Origin: a virus
Taxonomy: Duplodnaviria; Caudoviricetes
Length of the DNA stretch: 64,000 nucleotides
Virus record (IMG/VR): IMGVR_UViG_3300025735_000004
Span: 1 to 64,000 of that record
Strand: one strand, 5' to 3'
Shown: positions 52,814 to 63,500 of the stretch, in pieces
Position numbering within the stretch: the first letter of the stretch is position 1
How the letters are laid out: every line of letters begins with the position of its first letter
The notes under the pieces: generated by a model
Told to the model about the DNA's origin: nothing
Databases searched by the model: none
The model's input: only the letters and a program-made list of their open reading frames with translations
Position numbers and translations under genes: made by a program

Positions 52814-53077
52814 ATGCACATACAAGAACTGCGTGCGCTGCTGGAAAAAGGCGTGACCCGCATCGTCTTCCTGAAAGCCGACAACAGCGAGCGCATCCTG
52901 CTCGCGACCCTTCACCCCTCCCGCATGCCACCCCCGCCACCGGTTGAAGCCGGCGCGAAACCGGGGCGTCCGATGCCCGCCGGCAACCTGCTGGTATGGG
53001 ACACCGAAGCCCAGGCCTTGCGCAGCTTTTGCGTCGACCGCTTGCTGGAAGTGCCGGCACTCATTGAGGAACTTTGA
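52814..53077 (+). CDS. Stand-alone WYL-like/SH3-barrel (DUF2693-type) protein
   Basis: LLEKGVTRIVFLKADNSER..LATL...LVWDTEAQALRSFCVDRL. Confidence 0.7.
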   Translation: MHIQELRALLEKGVTRIVFLKADNSERILLATLHPSRMPPPPPVEAGAKPGRPMPAGNLLVWDTEAQALRSFCVDRLLEVPALIEEL

Positions 53078-53078
53078 C

Positions 53079-53825
53079 ATGAACGCAATGGAGATCCGCG
53101 AACAGGAACGCCGGCTCGCGGCGCTGACCTTTGACCAGTCGCCGTGCCGGGCTTTCCGGCTCTACCCGGAAGACGGCGACGACGATGAGTGGATCGACAT
53201 CAAACCCGGCAAGGACGGGGAAGCCTTCCTGACCTACTGGATGCTCAACGAAGCCCGGCGCCGCTTGCAGCTGGTGGGCCTGTCCGAACTGGAGCCGGGT
53301 GTGTGGACCTTGGCGCTGCATTTCAGCGGCGATCGCTGGGCGTCCTACACCCTGCGCGCCGTGGCCTGTAGCAGCTGGTCGGGTGTGCTGTTCCCGCTGG
53401 CGGATATGGTGAAGAATCTGCCAGAGGGGGTGGTGCTGGACCCCGAAGAACTCGACTTCGCCCTGGAGCTGGAGACCGATCTGATCGGCCTGGCCCTGCC
53501 CGGGGCGAGCTGGACGGTGCTGTGGTTCCTCGCCAGCGAGTACAACGAATACGAAGTGGAACGGCTGGCCAAGAAGCTGGAGGACCCGTTTCAACGGGCG
53601 GCCTACTTGCAGGAACGGAGCCCGCTGACCGGACTGCCCCGGCCGGTCCTGACCTTGGAACACCCCAACGCGGTCCCGCTGGAACGCATTCAGTTCCTGC
53701 CGCCGCAACCCGGAATCACGGTCGACCCCGACCAAGCCACCAGCAAGCGCCTGTTCAAAGAACACTGGATCTTGCGACTGTTGAACCCACCTGAAAAGGA
53801 TCACTGCCATGATGACCTCAAGTAA
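53079..53825 (+). CDS. Hypothetical protein
   Basis: 248 aa from ATG 53079. Confidence 0.65.
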   Translation: MNAMEIREQERRLAALTFDQSPCRAFRLYPEDGDDDEWIDIKPGKDGEAFLTYWMLNEARRRLQLVGLSELEPGVWTLALHFSGDRWASYTLRAVACSSWSGVLFPLADMVKNLPEGVVLDPEELDFALELETDLIGLALPGASWTVLWFLASEYNEYEVERLAKKLEDPFQRAAYLQERSPLTGLPRPVLTLEHPNAVPLERIQFLPPQPGITVDPDQATSKRLFKEHWILRLLNPPEKDHCHDDLK

Positions 53826-54252
53826 TGTTCTAAGCCTCGCAACCTTCCGCGCCAAACGCGGTTTGCCCGAGGTGTTCCAGGACACCCGCACGCCGCTGGA
53901 AAAGATCCTCGCCTGCTACCTGCCCCCCACGAAGAACATGACCAAGGAAGCGGCGCTTCGACTGCTCGCCAGCGGCTGCGCCACCTCGATCGTGCGCTGG
54001 GCGGAAGACAACGGCTCGGCGGTGGATGACGCGGCGCGGTTCCAGTTCTTCGCCGCCGGCAGCCCGGCGCGGCTGGTGCTACAGATCCGCGTCAGCCGCG
54101 TCGGCCAGCCCAAGGGGCCATGGCAGGCGATGGAGTTTCACCTGGACGCCGACAGCAAGGCGCTGGTGCCGCAGGCGTATGTGCAGGGAGTGGCCGAAGT
54201 ATTCAAACCCCTGCTCACGCTGCCGATGACCGGGTTTTACAGGCTACGCTGA
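53809..54252 (+). CDS. Hypothetical protein
   Basis: 147 aa, AAAGGATCACTGCCATG start module. Confidence 0.65.
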   Translation: MMTSSNVLSLATFRAKRGLPEVFQDTRTPLEKILACYLPPTKNMTKEAALRLLASGCATSIVRWAEDNGSAVDDAARFQFFAAGSPARLVLQIRVSRVGQPKGPWQAMEFHLDADSKALVPQAYVQGVAEVFKPLLTLPMTGFYRLR

Positions 54253-54297
54253 AGGTATGCGACGGAGGATCACCGTCGCGCATACCAACAGGAAGCC

Positions 54298-54825
54298 ATG
54301 ATGACCAGAAAGCGCACGCCGTTAAGCGAGTGGTCGAAAGAGAACACTCAATTCCAGATCATCAAGACCGGGACGCTGGCCTTTGAGGCCGTGACCAGTA
54401 CGAGCCGGGTCCGCGGTTCGATCGGCCAGCCGTCCACCGTCCTCTACGATTCGATCGCGTTGCGGTACAACCAGTGCGAACCGGGCGATCTGTTCCTGAT
54501 GCGCCTGCCGAACAACCCGGCGCTGTACAACATGCGCAAGCATTTCAAGGCCCGCGGGCTGGCGGAAACGGACTACCGCGTGTTCCGTCCGTTGTGCGAT
54601 GAGACGGGCGCGCACTTCAAACCCAGCAAGCGCCCGTTGGCAGTTCAGCGCCTGACGGCCGCCCGCATGAACCCCCTGCAACCCTTCCCGCGAGAAGCCG
54701 CGGCGCTGGCAAAAGCCGCCGAGGAACGCGGCGTCGGTGCGTTCCTCGTGCAAGATGAAAACCCAGTAAAACCGGGGCCTGCAGACGAGTTTTCGGCAGG
54801 AAATGGGAACGTGGTTAATACTTGA
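54298..54825 (+). CDS. Hypothetical protein
   Basis: 175 aa. Confidence 0.65.
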   Translation: MMTRKRTPLSEWSKENTQFQIIKTGTLAFEAVTSTSRVRGSIGQPSTVLYDSIALRYNQCEPGDLFLMRLPNNPALYNMRKHFKARGLAETDYRVFRPLCDETGAHFKPSKRPLAVQRLTAARMNPLQPFPREAAALAKAAEERGVGAFLVQDENPVKPGPADEFSAGNGNVVNT

Positions 54826-54885
54826 GTCTTGAGGGTTAGCGTGCGAGTGACCGGCCCAAGCGAAAGGCTGGCACTCGAATTTTAT

Positions 54886-54910
54886 CGCCCGGGAAACCGG
54901 GCGTTTTTTT
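54886..54910 (+). terminator. Rho-independent terminator
   Basis: CGCCCGG-gaaa-CCGGGCG-TTTTTTT. Confidence 0.85.
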
Positions 54911-54972
54911 CCCTCGACCGTCTGTGCAGGGCACATTGTCCTCCCGTTTTGGGGGGTTGACCGGGGCGCTTA

Positions 54973-55224
54973 ATGAATCCGCATTATCTTCCAACGACCG
55001 GCGAAAAATTGACTGACGACGAACGCCTTTTGTTCATCCGTCACATCATCGAAAAGCACAACCTCACCCATGTCGACCTGGCTCGGTTCACCGGCTATGC
55101 CCGTGACAGCGTGTCCGGTTGGCTCACGGAAAAGACCTCACCACGCTATCGCGCCGTGCCTGTCCGGGCGTTCGACCGCCTGCTCGACCAATTGCAACTG
55201 GGCAAAGTCAAGGGCAGCAAGTAA
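54973..55224 (+). CDS. HTH DNA-binding protein
   Basis: LTHVDLARFTGYARDSVSGWL. Confidence 0.75.
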   Translation: MNPHYLPTTGEKLTDDERLLFIRHIIEKHNLTHVDLARFTGYARDSVSGWLTEKTSPRYRAVPVRAFDRLLDQLQLGKVKGSK

Positions 55225-55239
55225 AGCGGGGGCGGGGCC

Positions 55240-58062
55240 ATGTATCACTACTATCAGCGTTCGGAACATGACGCCTGGTTTCTGCTCTCCAGTCAGGGTG
55301 AAGAGAACCCGGTGGAGCTGGCCAAGGCGCAGGGCGCGAAGAAACTGACCATCCTCGCCCTGAACCAGATGGTCAACGATGGTACCGAGGCCGAGCTGCC
55401 GCGCAACCGCGACAAGATCGGCTACCGTGGCCCGCTGTATTTCGACATCGACTGCAAGGATGACCTCGGCCAGGCCATCACCAGTGGTCAGGAACTGGTC
55501 GGCAAACTGACCCGCATGGGGGTGCCGAAAGGCTGCCTCGAAATCTTTCTGTCGGGCAGCAAGGGCCTGCACGTTCTGGTCAACGAAAGCCTGTTTGGTG
55601 CCCGCCGCTTCACCCTGCGCCTGCCGGAAATCTACAAGGAAATGGCCCGCGACCTGTTCGTGATCGGCCTCGACTATTCGGTGTACAGCAGCGGCCGGGG
55701 CAACAGTTTCCGCATCGTCAACCTGCAGCGCCATGACGGTAAGTACCGGGTGCCCGTCAGCCCCGAGGAACTGGCCGAACTGACCGTCGACCGCTACCGC
55801 GAGCTGGTCAAGGCGCCCCGGGCGGTGGAAGTCGACGACCCGCAGGGGCTGGTGGTGCATGAACTCAAGGCCATGTTTGAAGAGGCCAAGAAGCGCGTCA
55901 ACGCCAAGCCGAAGCTGGTGATCATCGCGTCATCGGCCGACATGGAAGCGATCCGCGAACCGGTCCCGACCTGCATCCAGATGCTGTGCGACAGCGATTC
56001 GTTGAAGGCCGATGCGTCCTACAACCAGGCCGCCACCCAGTTGGCCGCGTACATCGTGCGCGCCGGGGTGTCGCAGACGGTGAGCGAAAGCCTGGCGGCG
56101 CGGCTGGCCAGCAGCGCCAAGTCGAGCAAGTACAACACCGCCAAGTTGCGCCGCGATCACATCGAGGCGCAGATCCGTTACGTCGAACACACGCCGACGT
56201 TCAGCTTTGGCTGCAACGCGATCCGCGCCCTGCTCAGCAAGCGCCCGTGTGAAGGCTGCGCGATCGAGGCCGGGGCGAACAAGGGCGGCGATCAGGACGC
56301 CGGCCTGTGTGCCTTGGTTGAACCGGACGGCTATTACATCCGCCTGGGGGACGGCAAGCGGCGCATCAGCAACTTCACCCTGTCGCCGATCGATGTGTTC
56401 ATTGACGTGCCGCAGGACGGCACCGCCCCGCGCCGGGTCGGCACGCGGATGGCGGTGATGAAGGACGGCAACGAGCTGTCCAAGATCATTTTCAAAGAAG
56501 CGGCCTTCGCCAGCCGCTCGGCGTTTCTGAAAGAGCTGGAAGGCCTCACTGACCTGACGTTTCAGGGGTCCGATCTGGAGATTCAGAAAATCAAACTCGC
56601 AATTTTCCGGGAGGCTCAGGACGTGGGAGAAATTTTCCAGGTCTACACCGCCGGGGTCCACATGGACTTCGTCGATGACATCCCGCTGTTCACCTATGTC
56701 GAACCTGATATGTCGGTGAACACGGTCAAGGTGCGCGGCACCCACCAGTTCCTCGGCAACCTGGTGGCCCGTCCTTACTTTGCGCACACCACCATGCCCG
56801 AGCGCGCCGATCAGACCGTGGACAATGTGTTGGACAACCTGCTCAGGATTAACCAGCGACACGAAATGGGCATGCTGATTGGCTGGAGCATCGCGGCGCA
56901 TTTTAAGACGCACCTGATGTACCTCTACAGCCAGTTTCCTGTGCTCGCCCTGTGGGGCAGCGCCGGTTCCGGCAAGTCGAAGACGGCGGGCTTGATCACC
57001 TGGCTCAACGGCACCGACTACATGCTCAAGGACTCCGGGGTTAGCGCCCCGTCGACCTCGCCCTACGGCATGCTGGATTACCTGTCGAGCACCACCACGG
57101 TTCCCCGGATCATTGAAGAATTCAACAAGTCCAAGATGAGCAGCCATGCCTACAAGGACGTGGGCGAGCGGATCAAGCAGGCCTGGAACGCTGAGTCGAC
57201 CTTGAAAGGAAAGCTCGGCCGGGGCATGGGCCGCACCGGCGCCGAAGCGGTGGCCATCCCGCTGTCCTCGCCGCTGGTGGTGATTTCGGAGCAAGAAATT
57301 GAAATCCCGGCGATCCAGGAACGCAGCATCCGCGTCCACCTGACCAAACAGAAGCGTGGCAAATGCCGCGAGCCGTTCTTTCTGGCCAGCGAAGGGCGCC
57401 AGCACCTGCGCCGGCTCGGCAAGGCCGTGATGGCCAAGGCGCTGACCACCACGCCCGAGGAAATCGAAGCGCTGATGACCAAGGCGTCGGGCCTGCTGCC
57501 CAAGGACATGGACGATCGCCCACGCTACTCGCAGCAGGTGGTGCTGGTCGGGCTGTGGCAGTTGCAGGCGGTGTGTGAAGAACTGCACCTGTTCCAGTCA
57601 CTGAAGACGCTGGAGCCAATCATTGACGTGGTGATCGGCCGCTTCGATGCCCCGGACCAAGGTTACGTGCAGAGCGAAATCGACCTGGTGCTGCAAAAGC
57701 TCGCGATCATCGTGGCCATTTCACGCAGCGTGCAGGAAGCGGGGCAGGGCTATGTGCATCTGGTTGAGGGCCTACACTACTCGGTAACCCCGGAGTACCT
57801 GATCCTCGACCCGGTGCTGGGCCATGCCGCCTACACCCGCTTCTGTACCGTCGAGGAACGCACCGCGCCAGTGATCAGCAGCGGGGCGCAGTTCACCAAG
57901 TTGATCAACGAAGAACCCTATTTCATCAAGTACGCGCCATTCGCCGGGTTAGGTGGTGGCCGTCCGATGCTCTACCTGTCGCTCAAAGAAATGCAGGGGA
58001 AGAACATCGACACCAGCCTGCTCGGCTGGGAGGGTGGGTATGACCGCTCCTACACTAGCTGA
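55240..58062 (+). CDS. Fused primase(-polymerase)/helicase
   Basis: AEP-like YFDID and SGSKGLH motifs, CEGC Zn motif, P-loop WGSAGSGKSKT, IIEEFN Walker B; 940 aa. Confidence 0.85.
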   Translation: MYHYYQRSEHDAWFLLSSQGEENPVELAKAQGAKKLTILALNQMVNDGTEAELPRNRDKIGYRGPLYFDIDCKDDLGQAITSGQELVGKLTRMGVPKGCLEIFLSGSKGLHVLVNESLFGARRFTLRLPEIYKEMARDLFVIGLDYSVYSSGRGNSFRIVNLQRHDGKYRVPVSPEELAELTVDRYRELVKAPRAVEVDDPQGLVVHELKAMFEEAKKRVNAKPKLVIIASSADMEAIREPVPTCIQMLCDSDSLKADASYNQAATQLAAYIVRAGVSQTVSESLAARLASSAKSSKYNTAKLRRDHIEAQIRYVEHTPTFSFGCNAIRALLSKRPCEGCAIEAGANKGGDQDAGLCALVEPDGYYIRLGDGKRRISNFTLSPIDVFIDVPQDGTAPRRVGTRMAVMKDGNELSKIIFKEAAFASRSAFLKELEGLTDLTFQGSDLEIQKIKLAIFREAQDVGEIFQVYTAGVHMDFVDDIPLFTYVEPDMSVNTVKVRGTHQFLGNLVARPYFAHTTMPERADQTVDNVLDNLLRINQRHEMGMLIGWSIAAHFKTHLMYLYSQFPVLALWGSAGSGKSKTAGLITWLNGTDYMLKDSGVSAPSTSPYGMLDYLSSTTTVPRIIEEFNKSKMSSHAYKDVGERIKQAWNAESTLKGKLGRGMGRTGAEAVAIPLSSPLVVISEQEIEIPAIQERSIRVHLTKQKRGKCREPFFLASEGRQHLRRLGKAVMAKALTTTPEEIEALMTKASGLLPKDMDDRPRYSQQVVLVGLWQLQAVCEELHLFQSLKTLEPIIDVVIGRFDAPDQGYVQSEIDLVLQKLAIIVAISRSVQEAGQGYVHLVEGLHYSVTPEYLILDPVLGHAAYTRFCTVEERTAPVISSGAQFTKLINEEPYFIKYAPFAGLGGGRPMLYLSLKEMQGKNIDTSLLGWEGGYDRSYTS

Positions 58063-59572
58063 ATACTTTCAGCGCGCCGGCATCGAACGCTACCCATCGT
58101 TCGCCCCGTTCGTGCAGCTCAAGCACACCCCGTTCCAGTCGCAGGTCGAAGGCCTGAGCCTGTGCGTACATTACCAGTGGTTCGGTCTGCTCGATGAGAC
58201 CGGCGCCGGCAAGTCGATCCCCGTGGTGGGTGCGGCCCTGCACTACATCGGCCTGGGCAACAAGGTCGTGGTGCTGACGCTGGCCACCCTGATCTACCAG
58301 TTCGCCGAGTCCGTGATCGAAGAGTTTCAGGGCGTCGACAAGTACGTGCGCGTCCATGTGCTGGATGAACCGCCGGCCAAGCGCGCCAAGCTGATCGAGA
58401 AGTGGGACAACGAAGGTTGGCCAGAAATGATGGTCATGAGCTACGAGCTGTTTGGCCACCAGAAACTGTGCAAGATCCTCAAGGAAAAGGGCTACGACGT
58501 ACTGATCACGGACGAAAGCCAGAAGTGGAAGTCACCGGAAAGCACGCTGGCCAAACGCATTGGCGAGTACGTCGGCAACCCGGCGCAGCCGGACACCGCG
58601 TTCTTTCCCATGACCGGCACGCCGATGCACACCTACATGAGTGACTGCTACACCCTGCTCACCTTCATGAGCCCGGGGGCGTACCTGTCCTACGACCACT
58701 TCTGTCGCCGGCACTGCCGCTACAAGCTGATCCGCTTGAAGGTGCCCAAGATCACCAGCGGTGGCAAACGCATCAGCCGGGTCAAGGAACTGGTGGGCTA
58801 CCAGCGGCACGCCGAGTTGTCGGCCAACCTGTATGCCCGCTGCCGGCGTGTGCTGAAAAGCCAGATCCCGGAACTGCGCGACCTGAAGGAGCCGATCATT
58901 ACCGAAGTGCCGGTCAGGCTGAGCCCGGCGCACCGCGAGGCGTACCGCAAACTCACCATCGAACGCTTCATCGACTACGGCGACGGCACCATCCTCTCTG
59001 CCCTGCAGGAGCAGGAGCTGCGCCAGAAGGTGTTGCAGATTGTCACCTGCCCGGAACTGTTCCTGCCCGAAGGCGCCAAGATCGACAACCAGGTGCTCGC
59101 CACCTGCCGCGACTTGGCCGAGGCGCACGTCACCGATTCCAAGGTGATCCTGTTCGTGAATTTCAAGGAGACCGTGGCGCGCTATGCCGAGTTCTTTGCG
59201 GACATGAACCCGGCGACCATGAACGGGGCTCTGTCCGCGACCCAGCGCCAGGCGATGACCGAGAAGTTCCTGCACGACCCGACCTGCCGGCTGCTGGTGG
59301 CCAACCCACGATCCGCCGGGGCGGGCTTCAACTTTCAAGGGGTCAGTCACACGGTGATCTTTGCCGAACCGACCGGCTCCCCGGGGGAATTCAAGCAGGC
59401 GATGGACCGGGTCGTCAGACCGGGCCAGCTCTGGCAGTGCAACATCTACGTGTTGAAGGCGCTGGAAACCCTAGCGCCCAACGCCATCCGCAACATGCTC
59501 AAGCGTGACGGGGACATCGGGCAAGTGACCCTCGATCCTCGCACCCTGCGCCACTTTTACAACGTCGCATAA
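58040..59572 (+). CDS. SF2 (SNF2-like) helicase
   Basis: DETGAGKS, ITDESQ, MTGTP, SAGAGFN, QAMDRVVRPGQ; 510 aa from ATG 58040. Confidence 0.9.
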   Translation: MTAPTLAEYFQRAGIERYPSFAPFVQLKHTPFQSQVEGLSLCVHYQWFGLLDETGAGKSIPVVGAALHYIGLGNKVVVLTLATLIYQFAESVIEEFQGVDKYVRVHVLDEPPAKRAKLIEKWDNEGWPEMMVMSYELFGHQKLCKILKEKGYDVLITDESQKWKSPESTLAKRIGEYVGNPAQPDTAFFPMTGTPMHTYMSDCYTLLTFMSPGAYLSYDHFCRRHCRYKLIRLKVPKITSGGKRISRVKELVGYQRHAELSANLYARCRRVLKSQIPELRDLKEPIITEVPVRLSPAHREAYRKLTIERFIDYGDGTILSALQEQELRQKVLQIVTCPELFLPEGAKIDNQVLATCRDLAEAHVTDSKVILFVNFKETVARYAEFFADMNPATMNGALSATQRQAMTEKFLHDPTCRLLVANPRSAGAGFNFQGVSHTVIFAEPTGSPGEFKQAMDRVVRPGQLWQCNIYVLKALETLAPNAIRNMLKRDGDIGQVTLDPRTLRHFYNVA

Positions 59573-59662
59573 GACGACGGCACGAATTCCGGGAGACCGG
59601 GATAACAAGCGGCGGTAACAGCCGCAATTTGAATGACATTTTGAAGTTCAAAGACTAGGGGA

Positions 59663-60460
59663 ATGACAATGCCACTGATCAAAGATGGTAGCGCCGTAAG
59701 CAAGGACGCGGTGGAAACCGCAGAAGCGAGCGCCGCACAAAACTCCGAAACCCTGCAGGAAGAGGCCTCCGTGTTGGATGAGCCGGCTGTCCTGGACCCT
59801 GAACCGGCTGCGCAGCCTGCGGCTCAACCCACCTCTACCTCCACCGCTGTCGCCCCTCGCGCCGATGCGCCTGCGGCTCGCAGCAATGGCAGCCAGATGA
59901 AAGCCATGCAGGAAATGGAAGACGCCGGTTTTGGTGGCGGTCACATTGACTTCACGTCTTTCACCAACATCGTTTTGAAAGACGGTGAGTTCCAACTGGT
60001 CGGCACCACTAAGTCGTTCTCCGCGACCGAAGGGTTTACCGGCACCATCCTGCAGGGTCGCGCCAAATGGGCGATGCGTGTGGGCAACGACGACGACGCC
60101 GACGTGTGCTTCGCGTACTCCAAGGCGGAATTCAACGACGTTGAAACCGAATCCGGGGCCAAGGTGGCCGAGTGGCGTGCGGAAAACCTGAAGCCTGAGC
60201 TGAAGGAATACGCCGAACTCTTTGTCATGGTCGACAAGATTCACGCCAGTGAATGCAAGGAGCTGGAAGGTGACGCCGTGGTTGTGCAGGTGTCGCCGAT
60301 GTCGATCGGCAGGTGGGCGGGCTACAAGTTCAAGATGCAGAGCCGCACTGGCTGCCTCCCGAACGGCTACAAAACCCTGTTCATCCGTGGCGAAAAGGTC
60401 ACGGCCGCCAAGTTTCCGTTCTACCCATGGGATTTCAAGTTTGTTGAATTGAACGCCTAA
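59663..60460 (+). CDS. Acidic replication protein, possible single-stranded DNA-binding protein
   Basis: 265 aa, disordered N-terminus, aromatic beta-rich core, between helicase and polymerase; positional inference. Confidence 0.45.
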   Translation: MTMPLIKDGSAVSKDAVETAEASAAQNSETLQEEASVLDEPAVLDPEPAAQPAAQPTSTSTAVAPRADAPAARSNGSQMKAMQEMEDAGFGGGHIDFTSFTNIVLKDGEFQLVGTTKSFSATEGFTGTILQGRAKWAMRVGNDDDADVCFAYSKAEFNDVETESGAKVAEWRAENLKPELKEYAELFVMVDKIHASECKELEGDAVVVQVSPMSIGRWAGYKFKMQSRTGCLPNGYKTLFIRGEKVTAAKFPFYPWDFKFVELNA

Positions 60461-60481
60461 GCCTCACGGCTAGCTGTGGTT

Positions 60482-60507
60482 TGCCGGCGGGTTCGCGCCC
60501 GCCGGCA
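60482..60507 (+). terminator. GC hairpin, possible terminator or processing site
   Basis: TGCCGGCGGG-ttcgcg-CCCGCCGGCA followed by CTCTCTTGT. Confidence 0.5.
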
Positions 60508-60540
60508 CTCTCTCTTGTCGTCCGAGGAATGGGGTGCAAC

Positions 60541-63500
60541 GTGAAACTGAATGGACTTGCTCTGCTCGATGTGCGCGGCTTGCTGCTGCACGCCTACCAC
60601 CGGGGCACTGACCCCGATGCCAAACTCAGCCCCCTGACTGACAAGCCGGTGAACTCTGCCGGCTACGGTTTGCGTGGGTTCCTGGACACCTACATCATTC
60701 CCCTGCTGTCTGATTTCTCCCCCCTCAACATCATTGCGGTGTGGGATGGGGGCAACACCTTCCGCGAGAGCCTGTTCGCGAACTACAAGGCCAAGCGCCA
60801 CGCCGAGGAAAAAGACCCGGCGGTCGAAGCCCAGCTGAAAAAGATGTTCGACATGGCCAAGGCGCTGCTGGCCTATGCCGGCGCCTTCAACGTGCGCGTC
60901 GAAGGCGTGGAAGCGGACGACGTGATCGGCGCCTTCTGCCTGCACTTCCCTGAAGTGCTCAAGCTGGTTCACACCGTGGACCGCGACCTGACCCAACTCA
61001 ACGACGACAACACCACCGTGCTGGTGAAGGCTCTGCCGGCGGACGATTTCGAAGGCTACCCAACCCGCTACGTGCGGATCTACAAGTCCCTGGTGGGGGA
61101 CAAGACCGACGAATACGGCGGCGTGCCGCAGGTCGGGCCGGTGGCGTTCAAGTTCCTGGTCGACACCTACGGCTGGGACGGCATCGAGCAGCTGGAAGCC
61201 TGTGTGGCCAGCAACGACTACACCTTTCTGCTGGAAGCGTGCGAAGCCACCAGCTGCAAGGTGCTGCGCAAAATCTACGAGAGCCGCAGCACCTGGCGCC
61301 TGATGTACACCCTGGCGGGGCTGCACCCGGAACTGCTGTATGGCGCGCAGGGCCGCACGATCATCCGCCCGGAGTGGTACGTGCGCCTACCGGACGCGAC
61401 CAAGGTGCTGGACCTGCTGACCATCGCAGGTGACCCGAGCCTGTTCGAACACTTCGCCCCGCACATGCCGACCATGACCCTGGTGACGCCGGAGAACTGG
61501 CCGCAGGTGCATGCCGCCTACGTTGAAGGGCTGCGCGACACCCCGCTGGCCAGCTTCGACTATGAAACCTACGACAGCCTTGGCCACGACTGGTCGGCCG
61601 CCCTGCCGGACAGCTCCCGCGGCTACGTCGACGTGCTGTCGCAGCGCCTGACCGGGGGGTCTTTCACCTACGGCAGCAACCTGCAACACACCTTCTACCT
61701 CCCGGTGCTGCACAAGAACACGGCCAACCTGGACAAGGCGCGGCTGGTGGATCTGCTGCTCGACATCGAAGAGGCGCGGGTTGATTTCGTCGCACACAAC
61801 GCGAGGTTCGAAGCGTTGGTGACCAAGCTGACGCTGAACTTCCAGCTGGAGGGGCCGATCTGTACGCAGATGCTCGGCACCTACGTCGACGAAAACCTGG
61901 AGCAGGGCTTGAAGGCCCACGCCCGGCACTGGCTGAAGTACGACCAGGTCGAGTACAAGGAGCTGCTGGCCCAGCACGGCGCCCGGGACATGCGCGACCT
62001 CACTGGCGAGCAGGTGACCCACTACGCCTGTGATGACGCCTTCGTCGCGGCGCGGCTGGCGGTGCTGTTCTTCCTGATCCTCAAGCTGGAACAGCAGTGG
62101 GACTTCGCCTACAACGAGGACCGCTACACCCTGCACCCGTTCAACGACAGCTTTGAAACCGGCGTGCAGCTCGACTACGCCCGCCTGGACGAACTGGCCG
62201 CTGCCGATGCCGAGGTGGTCAAGAACAACACCGAACGGTTGCACAGCCTGCTGGCTGAGCATTGCAACCAGATCAGCGACATCGGCGCTGAGGGCTTGAA
62301 GAAGGCTGAGGGCGACAACCTGCTCCGGCTGTTCATCCACGACAAGCTGAACCGCTCGCAGGCACAGGCCAAGGTGGCCGAGGCCTATGAGCGCTGGCGG
62401 CTGGGTTCGGTGTACGTCCCCTACACCGAGACCTTTACCCCGGCCGAGTTCATCGCCACGGAGAAGGGATTCACCCGCGTGGCCGAGAAGGTCGGGCTGC
62501 CGATCGTGATGGAAAGCGTCAGCGGCAAGGGCGTCACCGCCTGGCTGATGACCAGCCAGCACCACCTGAAACAGCACGGCAGTACCGACCCGCGTGCCCG
62601 CATGCTGGTCGAGCTGGTGCAGGCCGCTGCCGGCGAGATTCGCAAGCGCGAGGGCGAGGCGTTCCTGACCTTGAAGCGGTTCATTGAAACCGAAGTGCTG
62701 CACCTGGACGGCGTGCGCGTGATCGAGGGCGACGAACTCAACCTCAACAGCCCCAAGCAAATGCAGATGCTGCTGTACTGCAAGTTGCAATTGCCGGTGC
62801 GCCTGCGCACCTTCCCGCAGAAGGGCAGCCGGCGGGATGAACTCGGCCTGGAAGGCAACCCCTCGACCAACGAGGACGCGATGTTGGCCGCGATGGCCGA
62901 GGACTGCCCCGAGGGCGATTGGCGCCGCGAGGTGTTGCAGCTGCTGATCGGCACCAAAGAGTGCATGACCCGCCAGTCCCTGTACTACGCCAAGTATCCG
63001 CACTGGCGGCACCCGAGCACTGGCGTGGTCCACCCTGGCACCCGCAACAATGGCACCAAGACCCGCCGCCCGGCCGGCTCCAGCCTAAACATCCTCGCCG
63101 TGAGCAAAGGCCCGCTGCGCTCGATCTTTCTGCCCCGGTACAAAGGGCATGTGATCGTCTCGCTGGACTTCTCCGGGCAGGAACTGCGCATCACGGGCAG
63201 CGAGGCAAAAGACCCGGTGCTGATTCAGGCCTACACCAGCCTGCCGAGCTACCTCGACGACGACGGCATGCTGCGCGCACGCTTCCAGGACATTCACTCG
63301 GTCACCGGCTGCACCTTCGCCGCCAAGGTGCTGGAGCAGCAGCTGGGCGGCGACATCCTCAAGCGCCTGAGTTTCAACAGCGCCGGCACCATGGACTACG
63401 AACAGTTTGTCAGCCTGTTGAAGGAAGGCGAGCACCTGTATGAGTTGGCCGGCGACCAGGCTCTGCCGCTGGGCAAGGCCATCATCAAGATCCGCAAGAT

